Positions 34,560-46,531 of a DNA stretch of 64,000 nucleotides are shown piece after piece. Source of the DNA: Hyphochytrium catenoides (Eukaryota > Protista > Hyphochytriomycota); the NCBI GenBank assembly GCA_900088475.1, contig FLMG01000016.1:24304-88303 (forward strand), given 5' to 3'. Positions within the stretch are counted from its first letter, which is position 1. The number at the start of each line of letters is the position of its first letter. The translations under genes and the position numbers were made by a program. The notes beneath the pieces were generated by a model. It saw only the letters and a list, made by a program, of their open reading frames with translations, had not been told where the DNA came from and did no database searches.

Positions 34560-37500
34560 TCATTCCTCGTCAGAGTCTTTGTAAGACTGCTTGGACCGTA
34601 GAGACTTCCTGCTTCTTCGTCTTGACGTGGAAGAAGTTCTTTCACGGATAGCGCTGAGATTAACGGCGCCCCCTTCATTGATAGCCAGTCTTGCAAGCTT
34701 CAGAAGAGAGCTTAAGGTACGCTCGTCCTTAAAGAGGTTGAACGATGCCATGAGTGGCACAGCATAGGTTGGAGGGTTAGTTTCTTTTGATACTGGCTTT
34801 TCGGAGGCCTACAACAAGAGTTCGGAAGGAAATATGCTCAGGATCTTTTCGTCTTCGCAGATAGCGCTGCTCGGGCAGCGCTACTTGCTTAAAGAGTCAC
34901 AATGTGACAAGAAGTTTAGCCCAGCACAGCTTGGAAGCCACATACCTTTGTAGCATCCATTGGCGAGAATGCCTGAATTCTATTCTCATGCAGTTGATAC
35001 ACTCGCTTAAGGTAGTCTCGTACAGACGCTAAGAGGACGAGAGAGTAGGCGCCCGCTATGAGTGACTCTGCAGTCTCGGAAGATTCCTTCGCATCTCTAC
35101 CCTCTGCCTCAAGGTGTTCTGGAAACTCGTCTTCGTCGCTGCCAACATCCATCAGGTCACGAAAGCGCCTCCCAGCGCTTTCAAGAATCGACCTAAGTAG
35201 CAGGTTAGCCGTAACCGTAGCCCCGCAAACAGCTCATTTGCGCTTACCGTCCTTTTAAAGAGGTAAGTCGGTTGATCGAGAAGATGAGATAGAGGGGTTC
35301 CTCTTGCACATCATAGGGAAGGGTCGCCAAAATGCTGGCGATATAGCTGAGAAACTCCAACTCTAGCACCACTGCATCTTGGTGCATGAAGAGCGCATGC
35401 TTGGGCTCCGCTGCCATCAGGAAGTCCTCGAACCCGCTCAACAACTTTTTGAAAAATGAGTGTCTACTTGATCGTTGATTCCTGACGCAAAGGCCATAGA
35501 GGCGGCCCATGAAGCTGTATTCCTCCTGGTCCGCATGATCTGCCATCTTCACTTTCCTGCAAGAGAATGGCTTCAGTCCACCAGAAATACTCGCTCATAC
35601 CCAGTCACGTACCAAGCTCCAAACACATCTCTCTGAAAAGTGAATGACAGCCTAATGCCCTCAAAAATAGGCTAGAGGAAGCTGCGGTCAGAGGCAATTA
35701 ATGGCCAGGGTATATCTGTCGTCTTACCTGGAAGATCATGGAGGGATATTTCTCAGCCTGCTTCACTAGCGCTCTATGAGCTACTTCTCGATTCGAGGGA
35801 AGTCTGTCGGTAGCTACTGCAACTAGGTAAGGTATACAGGCCATGGGGCTGACTAAGCCTTGCCTCAAAATAGTTGCAATAAGCTCCGCAGCCTCTTTTC
35901 TCACTGTCCCATCCCCGGACAAAAGGAAGGATAGAAACGTAGGTAGGTGGATCTGGAGGACGCCTCCGATGACACTGGCGTCGGCATCCTGATCTCCTTT
36001 CACTTGTTCTGACTTCTGCTTTCTGCATAACAGTCAGTTTAGCCTCATCGACTCTTGGTACAAAGTAGTTGACAATCCTACCTCGCCCTTAGCTCTTCCT
36101 TTGCGGTTCCACTGCTTATGCGCTCTTCCTCGCACTTCAGGATGTCTACCAGACTGGCGCCGGCTAGTTAGATCTAGTGGGCATGCATAACAAAATATAA
36201 TCCTACCTGATAAGAACCTGCTTCTGCACCTCCTTCCCCTTCTCTGCGAGTAATTCGGCAATAACTCCAGTTTGTTCAGCTTCTAGCAGAAATTTTGGGC
36301 TACGGGAGAAGAGAAAGCCCAAGCCTTGCACACCCTTAATAATGACAGGAGCACTGTATTTCCTCCTAACGTAACCAATTAGGAGCTCATAAAGTGTCTT
36401 GGTTATCTGAGGCCATAGGTGCATTAGTAAATCCTGGGCAACCGGCACTGAAGGCTAAACTTACCTCTCCCCGCACCAATGGGTAGGAGGAAGTGTCTCC
36501 TGCCTCCGATGATTGGGACATAGATTCCTCATCAGAAAATGCTTCATCCAGATCGAGATACTTTGACATCAGCCCAACGACGAAAATGGCTCGCTGGAGA
36601 TTAGCCAAAACCTTTCCTGATTGGCCTGCAGGCATTCGAGAGAGATCCTCAAGCGTCGAGTACTTCACTAGGTACGCATGGAACTGTTTCAGAATGGCGA
36701 ACCAAGCACTGTTTGACATGGATGGGCAACGCTGCCGATAGGAGCTATGTGTGACTAGAGAAGCTAAGCACTCCACGCATGGCTCCACCACACTTGGCGG
36801 ACATCTGTAAAGGGTTGATTGAGCTTTAGGGAGGCACGCTGCAGGTCGAGGTTGGATGTCTTACCTGTAAATCAAATTCTTGAGATCCTTCTCCAAACAC
36901 TCAATAACACGAACTTCAAGCCTCTCCTGCAGTGGTATCAAACGCTTCAACATTGAGGCAGTCGTTCTAGGATGTTCAGTTCTAAGACGAATGATTGGCA
37001 TGGATAACATGGTGGGCGGGTCTACCTGAAAACCATTTGCTGCTCATTATGGGGCAGGTGAGCGCTCTCTTTTAGGTATATCATAAGGGTGTTGAAGTGA
37101 GGCAAAAGGATTCTTGCATTTGCGCGACAGAATACTTCGAGTGACTCAAGAATGTCCTTAACCTCATATTTCCCTTGCTGGTCGGCTGAAGAACGTTGAG
37201 TCTCTTCCAAGGTGAGAAGCTCCTTCACCAAGCTATTGGTGGCAGTTAGCTACTTTAGAGAAGAGACGGTCCCAAGCGTTAACTACGTACCCTGAGACGA
37301 CATTAACGCAACCTTCCCGAATGACCTGTCGCTCCTTCAGCCGCTCCTTTTTCTGCCGCACGCCATCCTTTTGCTGATGGTCCTGAAGTAATCTCTCTAG
37401 AAGACCCAACAGCCAGCCAGCAGAGCCAACTCTGGACACCACTTCTACAATAGTCTTTGCCACATCGTAACCGCGGTCGTTAAGCTTTGATGGCTGCATT

Positions 37501-40500
37501 GAAGCTAGCGAGGGTTTGACTTCAGAGACTGCGGGAGTGCTATTAAAGTATGGAGTCTGAGGAACGCTAGGAGTTTCAGGGTACTCTCCGGGCGTCTGAT
37601 CACCAACACCTTCCCTCTGACTCTTTGAACTCATAGGTGTTTGATGCGGAGTCGTCAACCCGCGACTCGGGGTTTGATAGCTCGCGGTGCCATCCTTAGC
37701 CAGAAAAGTACTTTCCTCAGAGCCGAACCAAAGTTCCTGTGGATGGGGGAGTTTAGAGCTTAGGCATAACATCGAGAAGGTTGTCTCTAGCGCCCACCTG
37801 GAATGTTTCTTCCACAAGCTCCTTTACGGATTCTTCTTCTGCTATCGCATTCAACCTAGCAACGAGACGAATAGATATGTCCGTTCTCCTGCTTGACTCT
37901 GGCTGGGTTTGAAGGATCCGTCTGGCCAGCTTTATCACTGCCTTTCGCACGCTAACTCCTTTGTCCAAGAGTCGATCAAAAATGAGGTCATAATAGCTAT
38001 CCAGCTAGGGCATTAAAGAATGTCAGGCTTATCTCTNNNNNNNNNNNNNNNNNNNNNNNNNNNNNNNNGGCAATATGGCTGTCCTACCAGTTCAGCCTGG
38101 CCGATTAGGTACTTCCCAACAAGATCCACCGCCGCTTGTCGGACAGAAATAGCCTCATCTTGGAAGCAGACCTTCACAGCTCTCCGCACAGTGTCGTTTC
38201 CCATGAGCAATGGATCCACGACGATAATGGAGTCTAACGCCTTCAAAACTCTGGCCCTGTACGTCGGTTGACTCTCTCCCAGCAACTGCATGAGATGTCC
38301 TGATTGAGAATGGTCATGTTAGACAAGTATATCAACCTTAATCCTGATCGACCGTACCTAACATTGTCTCGAAACCCCCACAGAGGTCGCCGGAAGTCAG
38401 TTCGAAGCGGTAAAGGGTACATAATGAATGGTAGCTGCAAAAGCGGAGCTAGGTTTAGTCTAGTTCTAGTCCAACTGTTTGGGTAGGGAGAATTCCACAG
38501 ACTTTACCTTAGAACGATGCCACTCTCGTGTCCCAGTGTGGCTCGAGGCACAAAACACCCAGGCAGACTGACAGCAGAGCCTAATATTTGAATCCAGGTC
38601 GGAAGGGTCCGCGAGTCCTCGTCAATCGTCCGCTTCAGCCACATTGTCATGAGGTAAAGCTGAGCATCTCTCTCAGTAGAAGTTCGCTTGCTCAGCGTTT
38701 CTAGCAAATGCTGCCTTCGGGCCATGACCGCCAGCGTCTCCTATTAATGAAGGAGATTCCCGTGGAGATACGGAAGAAGTTCAGTTCATGGGTGTTTTTG
38801 GCGTTACAGTTAACGAGTCAGTTTTGGCTACCTCATCAGCTTCTGTCACGATTTCTTTAGTTGCTTTCTTTAACTGAGAGCATTGGAGCTTTAAACTCTG
38901 TAATAGGTGATATTAGATGTTAGGACAAATCAAATGAAGTTCGTAAATGTCACCTCTTGCTGTTCATCAAGTCGCTGCTGCAGGTCTGACTCTTCGCCGA
39001 TGCCGTGACATCGCACATCACAGGTTAGTTCCCTGACACTAAGAGCCAAACGGTCAGATACAGCTTAATTGTTATATAGAGGCAGATGGCCTCGTACCTT
39101 GCGCAGATTCGACCTATAATGTCAAGAGCCATAAGTCCAAACGAGGACTCAACGATTCTCTCGGAGGTTTTTTGGTTCTTCTTTGTCGATAGAGTGGCCA
39201 CGAGGGCACGACTTAGGACGACTAGGATGGATTCAGCAACTGGCCATTCAGGGTATCTCATGGCCTGTCTACATGTGAGCTATCGTCTTCGAAGTAGAGT
39301 GACTTCCGATAACATATGACCGACCTGGAGCAGATCCTCCACAAGTTGCGCCAGTGAAGCGCGATACGGTCCGCCTTCCTCCTTCTTGCTGCATCGCGCC
39401 AGTAATCCTTGAATGAATGTTTGGACCGTTGCCAATGCTTCGTTCTTACAACCTTCCACTGCCTCAACTAAAGCAGTTGGCCCTTCGACATTCTCCTCCC
39501 CTCTCCCTTGCCAGTGCTTAAGGGCATCAACGACTCCGATAGAACTCTGCATTAGCTGTAGGATGGCACCGGTCACCTATCAAGTAAATCAAAGGTTAAG
39601 AGAGCTCTGGAGAATGTACAAGCCAGGTTCTGTATCTACCATTTGAAGCTTCACAGAAGAGTCTCGTAGCTTGAAAGACTTCAAGCCCTTCTTGGAGGAT
39701 GGCGTTTTGGCAATCAGGCCCAGTAGATCCTCCAGCATTAAACTTCTGTGGGTCTTATACTTCATAAAGACGACCCGTAATACTTCGATGGCGGCGAGCT
39801 GAAGGAGAATAGCGTCGTCGGAGCTCTCTAGCGAGAGCAAGGCCATTATGGAGGTCGTAAGCTCTAGGAGGACTTTATCGTCCAACTTTAGAACTTCTAA
39901 AAAGCTCTGCCATGCTTCCAAGAGGTCACAGACCGCAGGAATGCTTTTGGCCACTTCTCTTGAAAACCTCTTTGAGATATGGCTCTTGTTGTTTGCGCCG
40001 CCGCGCGATCCCTTTGAAGAAGAGCGCCGACTAGAGGATAAATTGTTTCGACCTCTGAGCTTCGCTTTTATTTCGCCTGAGCCCTCGCCTTCATCTCCAA
40101 ATTCCATATCGGGAGTCGCCTCAGCCCCATCATAGTCATCTGGATCAATGGCCTGTTTCAGCTTTGCCCCAGCCCTTTCAGTAAACTAGAGGGAGGGTGG
40201 GAAGTTATAGACTTACAGGGTCCATGGCCGGCTGCAGCCATTTCGCCAGCACATGCTTCCACAGTGCGACACAATTTTCAATGACTTCGTCCATCAGTAG
40301 CCTGCGATCTATGTTCTCGGCCGACATGATCAGCAAGATCGCACTTGCTGACCGCATGCAAACGCCGATGTGCCTAGAGGGAATCCCTTTCCGACAGATG
40401 AATAGGACGGAGAGCGTTTGTGTAGCTTGTACAACAGCAGCGTACCTGCCTTAGCCCACTCATTATCTCCTGTGCCGAGTTCACCTAGCTTGAACGCATC

Positions 40501-41536
40501 AAGCGTCGTTCCTTCTTGTACCTATTACTTCAGTCAGAAAATCTTTGGATTGAGCTTGCAATGTACGGAACGGACCATCTTATCTAGTATGGTAATAAGG
40601 GCAGAGAACGTGTCCACGTTGACGGACGTCAAAAGCTTTTGCTTGTGGAGGAGTTGAAGCTCCTGTATTATCCTTTTGGAGTCATGGTCTGACAGTGCCA
40701 TTACAGATTCGGCCCCCGTCGGCTCCTCATTATCGTCGTCAGCTATGCTCTGGTCGTACTGTTTGTGGTGTCCGATCTTAGCGTAGTTGCTGTTTTCAAC
40801 ATTCTGTGCCATTTTTTGCATACTTCGTGAGCTCAAAGAACCAGATTTCTACCCACTGTAATGATACCTCAATTATATGCTCAAAGTACTCGACAGCCTG
40901 AGCTAGAACCTTTTCTTGAGAAACGACGACCCCTTGCTGGCTCTTTGGAGGTTCTTGGACTGCTGGGCGGAACTTCTTTCCCTTATCTACACTCAGATGT
41001 TTCTTGTCCTTCTTCCGACTATCCTGATCCTTGTCTTGATCTCGTTTCCTTTTTGCGATTTTCGGGGTCTTAGTTGGAGTAACATCTGGCACAGGGCGCA
41101 CTACTTCGATTGGAGCTCAGTCACGCGTTGGATGGCGGCTAAGGAGAGCACAATTTACCTGGAGCTGACGATACAGCAGCGTCCAGACTAAGAAAGCCTT
41201 CCTGCGCAAGCACTTGAACGATGGTGGGACTAGAAGTTCCTCTAGTAGTAGTGAGACAAGATGCCGACTTCTTGGCTCTCACTGCTCGTCTAGAATTAGG
41301 GCGTTAGGTCAATCAATGCCGATTTGCAAAACCAGTCTGAATGCTTACAGGTCTTTGCAATCGACCGCCCTTAGAAGAGTCCTAATCTCCGTTTGGGTAG
41401 CCGGCGATATGTTGGCCCAAGTGGGCCTGTGGGAGTCGGCAAGTATTGGAAGCCAAGAAATCTCATTTAACGCCTTCGTATTGCCCTTGATGATAGGCAC
41501 CACCTCAGACGTTAAAGAGCTTGACAGAATGGACAT
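34560..41536 (-). CDS. NIPBL: Cohesin loader Nipped-B-like/Scc2, multi-exon
   Basis: PEWPVAESIL, LLGESQPTYRARVLKALDSIIVVDP..DEAISVRQAAVDLVG, RLLDKGVSVRKAVIK, RLNAIAEEESVKELV, GDQDADASVIGGVLQIHL, LRQGLVSPMACIPYLVAV, LATLPYDVQEEPLYLI (HEAT repeats and Nipped-B_C). Confidence 0.94.
38037..38068. other. Assembly gap (N run) within a NIPBL intron
   Basis: Run of n characters. Confidence 0.99.
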
Positions 41537-42235
41537 GGCTCACGGCTCCGCAAGGTTTAGCGGGCGACCACCGGTATATGTATCATGAGAGCAACATAAG
41601 CTTGATAGCCAGAATGAACAACTCTACAGAGTCACTGACTAGCCTGCATATTGCTATGGAACACCATCTCCAACCCGGGTCTGACCATCTTCCTGTCACG
41701 ATACCGGAACCATCTATATCAAACAACGACTCGGCTTATAAACGGGATCGGCCACGGTTTGACGGCCCGTCGTTTCAATAATGAACAGATCCGAATTACG
41801 AAGCTTTGATGAAGACACAAATTCCGATAACGGCGTCGAAATTGCGTGTCAGCAGAGATAGTAATAAGCCCCAAAAGGTGGTGTGTTTTGCAGTAATAGT
41901 CGTATTACTACTGCCAGTCTAACTTGTATTCCTCTCTTCCCGCCAACCTTCTCCAAAGCTGATGAAGCTGAAAAGCAGAGAAGCCGCAGCAGCAGCGCCG
42001 CCTTCAATCTTCGTATGCTATTCATTTCACCAAATAGCAGCCGACGATCTGAGTTGCGCTCTAGCATCTATAACCAGATTTGTTACGGGCAAGGACCCTG
42101 TGCCGCCGTTCCGCTAATCGGTGCCCAGCTTTGGGCAGCGTAAATAGAATGACCTTACATGTAGCTCTTGGATGTAATAAGCACTAGCAGGCCACCCTAT
42201 TCAAGGCGGTGAGCGGAGAAGCTGGACGGTACAGG

Positions 42236-43264
42236 ATGCCGACCAAGAGAAGGCGAAATAGCAGCAAACATATAAAGCAAACAGAGGCCGAAGTTGAGAG
42301 TGAGAGAGCAAGTGCGAAGTCGAGGCTTCTGCTAAGGCTCCTGCCTCGTGTGGCAATCCTTGCCGTTATTATATACTTTTACCTTCTGACCCTTCACAAT
42401 GGGTTTGCATCGTTGGTTGCTTCTACGCAGTCAGTGAAGGCGGTCAGTCAGGACGTGACTGTAAGTTCATTAGCTACTCTGGAAGGCGTCAAGCGGGCAA
42501 GGGGCATTTTACTGATGGCAATGGAACAAAAGTGAGGAGACCCTAACTTTGAACTAATTTCTCCACTGCTTGATCTCACACTCTCTTTTTCAAGCTTCGC
42601 CTACTCCTTGTTACTATTCAGTGGCGCGTATCTCTTCAAGCAGACGTTCGCCATTCCTGGGTCAGCGTTGCTGAATGTGACAGCGGGGGCAATCCTCCCT
42701 ATTTATTTGGCGTTGCCTCTCACTACATTTCTCACTGCCTTGGGTGCCAGCGCATGCTATACCGTCTCTAAGCTCCTGTTGCCTGCCGATTTAGTGCAAG
42801 AGGTAAGAATCTAAGTGACCGGGTGCAAAGTTCTATTTATTATAGTTCACTGTTGGTCTCAGGTGTCGGACACCATCCTTCCAGGCAAGCTGGTCGCCTA
42901 CCGGTCAAGTGTGGTGCGGGCGAAAGCGAAGGGCGAGCTTTTCTTCTATTTGCTTTTCCTTCGCCTTTTCCCTCTTTCTCCGAACTGGTTCAACAACATC
43001 GTGTCTCCCTGGATCGGGATCGAGCTGCCCCTATTCTTTACCAGTGTCCTACTAGGCCTGGCGCCATACAACTTCATCACCTGTCAAGCTGGCGGTATCA
43101 TCTCTGAACTTCAGTCTCCGTCTGAGATTCTCTCTACCAAAGTGCTGATTGCATTGGCCTCCATTGCCTTAGCTGCTTTAATCCCAATCTATGTGAAGTC
43201 CAGGGCTAGATCTACGGTGCTGGAAGCTGAGCAGGAAAGTCGTGCCAAACCGTTCGGCATGTAA
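42236..43264 (+). CDS. TMEM41: TMEM41/VTT (DedA/SNARE-associated) family ER scramblase, 3 exons
   Basis: YLFKQTFAIPGSALLNVTAGA, LTALGASACY, YLLFLRLFPLSPNWFNNIVSP, GLAPYNFITCQAG. Confidence 0.92.
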
Positions 43265-43301
43265 TGCCTTCAATAAATTATGCTGCCACGCCGTTGAAGG
43301 G

Positions 43302-45176
43302 CTAGCGTACGCGCGGTGACGGCTTGATCTGCTTCGGTGATGTAGTACTCAACCCGGTCCTGACCTTCTCCATCAGAGTAGCTCGAGAGAGCGAATACTT
43401 AAACTGAACTATCGCAGCGGTGACGTTGTCCCTTGTCTTCAGCTTATCCACAGCGTGGTGGATGAGATCTTGGCAACTCTGTTGGATGTTGGTCGTAAAG
43501 TGCGGTGAGTTCCTTACAAAGTCTACGACTGCTTGGCTGGTCATTACGTCGAAGAGACCATCACACGCTAGTACCATAAACTCATCATCTGAGCGAAGGT
43601 CCAGCACCATCACCTCTGGCTCAGCAATGAGTATTTGCTGACCGGGACCAAACCTTCCGCTTGGCGCAGGTTCTTTGAGTTGGAAATCCCCGAAGGCCCT
43701 TGTAACCGCAAGCTGGCCCATCAGTCTGTTCTGCAAAATAACCCCACCAAGCTTCCGCACTCTATCGGCCTCATCTGACCGAGATGCTTTTTGATCGTGG
43801 GAGAGATTAGTGGCGTGCCCTCCACGAGACAATACGCAGCGGGAATCGCCTACGTTGCTAACGTACATGCGTCTACCAAGGATGAGAGCTGTAATTGCAG
43901 TACTTCCGCATAGTCGACTATCTTTGGTGAGCTCAGCCTTCTGAGCCAAGTATCTATCCGTTGTGACGAATGTCTCATGCAATGCACTGATGATGATGTT
44001 GTCTATAACGGACGTTGATGTTGCGTTGTTCAGTTCGTGGCATCGTGAAGCTAATGCTGTCGCGACATTGACATGAAGGTGGGCGCGGAGCTGGTCCGAG
44101 ATTGTATCTCCTCCGTGGCCGTCATAAATGGCAACCCACATACGGGGGTACAATGTCCTTTCTAGTAGCAAACCCGAGATGTTGAAATGTTGGATAGCAA
44201 GAGATCTATCTTCCATAGTCTTCCGTGAACCCTGCAGCTCGTTGACGGTGAATTCATAGGCAAGGACTTCAAACTTAGCCGCCTCTATAAAGCAGCTCTC
44301 ACCAGGAATAATTCTCCGGCGGTCCCTGACCATTCTAAAGGTTTTGCTATCGTTTGTGATGTGCTGGAAGTAGTAGTTCCCATTCTTGAACTCAATAGTT
44401 CCATGCCAACCGGCAACCTCTTCGTCGCCGAACAGGATGATATCATTTTCGGGCTTTCTCCCCACCGTTGCTCCTTCGGGCGTGACAATCCACTTCTTGT
44501 TGGCGCTTCCTGGTTCTATATCCCTTTTGCTATCTGCCTCATGTTCGTGGCTAGCATCCTCCAAGCTCTTATCGCTCTGTTTGGCACTAACCTTAAAGCT
44601 TTCCTTTCGCCTAGAAGAGAGCCTGGCTACTACTGATCTCACTACATTGCCTCCAGTGTTGAGGGTGGATACTCGGCTAAAGTAACTTTCTTTTTGTTCT
44701 GCCGGCACGAGCTTCATTTTGAGTTTTGCCTTTGATGGATCAACTGTGAAGGCCACATCTGTCCGACCCAGTTTTAGAACATCGTTGTCTGAGATCATTA
44801 ACGGCATTGAAGTCACACCATCCTCAGCTTTCGGCAGCTCAACAAAAGTCCTTGAACCATGCCTACCATCGAGAAAAAACGATTCCTGTATGAAATGGAC
44901 ACGGATGAGCTCCAAGCCATCAACTGACCCAGACTCCCAGTCATCAAGCGGTACTGCCATATAAGCACCACCACCCTTCAGCTTCACAATAGCACCTCCC
45001 CGCTCATCAAAGGTAAACCGGCGACAGTGGCCTCCATTGTTAAGTGCTTCCTCGCTCAGGACCTCTTTAAATGTGATCCGAGCGTAGCCAGGGTTGAGTT
45101 TGCGCGTCCGCCGTCTCAGGTTTCCCTGAGGGACCACCGTGGGGCGCCTTCCCGCTCCGGACTGCGCGGCCCCCAT
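43302..45176 (-). CDS. PP2C (PPM) phosphatase with N-terminal FHA-like domains and probable N-myristoylation, intronless
   Basis: MGAAQS start; FHA-like GATVGRKPENDIIL..VAGWHGTI; PP2C motifs RKTMEDR, YDGHGG, GSTA, NVGDSRCV, LAVTRAFGD, LACDGLFD, DNVT. Confidence 0.92.
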   Translation of the reverse strand: MGAAQSGAGRRPTVVPQGNLRRRTRKLNPGYARITFKEVLSEEALNNGGHCRRFTFDERGGAIVKLKGGGAYMAVPLDDWESGSVDGLELIRVHFIQESFFLDGRHGSRTFVELPKAEDGVTSMPLMISDNDVLKLGRTDVAFTVDPSKAKLKMKLVPAEQKESYFSRVSTLNTGGNVVRSVVARLSSRRKESFKVSAKQSDKSLEDASHEHEADSKRDIEPGSANKKWIVTPEGATVGRKPENDIILFGDEEVAGWHGTIEFKNGNYYFQHITNDSKTFRMVRDRRRIIPGESCFIEAAKFEVLAYEFTVNELQGSRKTMEDRSLAIQHFNISGLLLERTLYPRMWVAIYDGHGGDTISDQLRAHLHVNVATALASRCHELNNATSTSVIDNIIISALHETFVTTDRYLAQKAELTKDSRLCGSTAITALILGRRMYVSNVGDSRCVLSRGGHATNLSHDQKASRSDEADRVRKLGGVILQNRLMGQLAVTRAFGDFQLKEPAPSGRFGPGQQILIAEPEVMVLDLRSDDEFMVLACDGLFDVMTSQAVVDFVRNSPHFTTNIQQSCQDLIHHAVDKLKTRDNVTAAIVQFKYSLSRATLMEKVRTGLSTTSPKQIKPSPRVR

Positions 45177-45389
45177 AGATGGCGCTAAGATGCAAAGCAA
45201 AGCTGAGATGAGCTCATCATCCCATCCTGCTTCGAAATGACATTGGCGCCAGCGCTGATGAGGTCACGAGTCCGGCGTGGGGAAGCAGCTTCGCCTGATA
45301 CGAAAGCTTATCCCTTTGCTCCACCACCTCCATCGGGCAGACGTCTACTAGTAAAATAAGTCAACCCTGCAGCAACTGGGTGGGGCGCT

Positions 45390-46384
45390 ATCAAGAGCCC
45401 CAATGGGAGCGCTCCGAGCTGCGTGAGCTGTCCGTCATCCTCCGTTCATCAACATCCTCCATTGAGCAATGATGAGAACCTTGATTTGGCAGCAGTTTCC
45501 GTTTCGCCTGCAAAATTATCTGTCAAAGGGACTACTACTCAATTGGAGCCCACTCCTTAATTGACAGTCAAGGTGCAAGGGTAAACTCTTCACAGTAGCT
45601 TGCGTGACTTTAGTTGCCAATTCTTCGCAGTCTTACCTCACACTTTGTGAAATATCGTCTGTCATGGTCGTTTCGGCCTCATTAGGACTTTTACTGTACT
45701 TACGTACTGGGGTTTTCCTAGCCTTATCGCCATACAGTACGTAAGTGCAGACTGCAGACAGAGACAAATAAAGCCACCAAATCGAGAAGGAATTGTCTGT
45801 CTCTGTCTGTACATCATGTGGTGTATCCATTGGACGAACATCAGATTCGTCGTACAACAAACACCCAAAAAGAAGCCGGAAATATTTCGAGCTTTCCGAA
45901 TAAGAAGATAACACATCCTGATCCAGACGGCGTGAAGCCTAACAATGTAAGAAGAGAACGTGAAGCTTTCATATGTGAAGCTTTCTCGGCTCATCACTGC
46001 TTACTCGCTCTCTTGTGTGGCGACTGCACCGGCTACTTTTTCCTACAATAGCAAGTCGATGGTAGAGTTCTAATCTCTTCTTTGTTCTCACTGAGCGACA
46101 CCACAAGCTCCAGAATCCTCAGCTCTCTGCTTCTCTGTGAGGCCTGAGGTCGCTCCAGCTGGGGAGCGGAGGTCGTTGCTCTAATAAGGTGCTCCAGGTA
46201 CATAAGGATAGACTGGCACATCACCTCTAGCGAGACCATCGCCAGGTGATAAAAGGAGTGGATGAATGCGCCGTCAGCGCTCGCCAGCGGCCTGTGAGCC
46301 GTCTGAGTAGGGGTCTTAACGAGGCTGGCAACCAGCCCTCTCTAGTTGTAGCCCCATACCTGCTGCAACGAAGCCAGGACATCA
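45390..46384 (-). CDS. Possible small hypothetical membrane protein; exon structure unresolved
   Basis: ORF fragment with hydrophobic FSIWWLYLSLSAVCTYVLYG followed by basic residues, plus nearby GT/AG sites. No consistent full model found. Confidence 0.25.
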
Positions 46385-46531
46385 GAGGTAGTCCACAACC
46401 AAGATGGCTTGGAGGTGACTTGAACGACGATGAAGCAACTTATCTCTGCTTGGCTGCAGGGTAGCCTGTACGTATACTGACCAGTTGCCGCATAGCTGCA
46501 CGCCGTTGTTGCCAAAGGCCCCCTACTCCTA

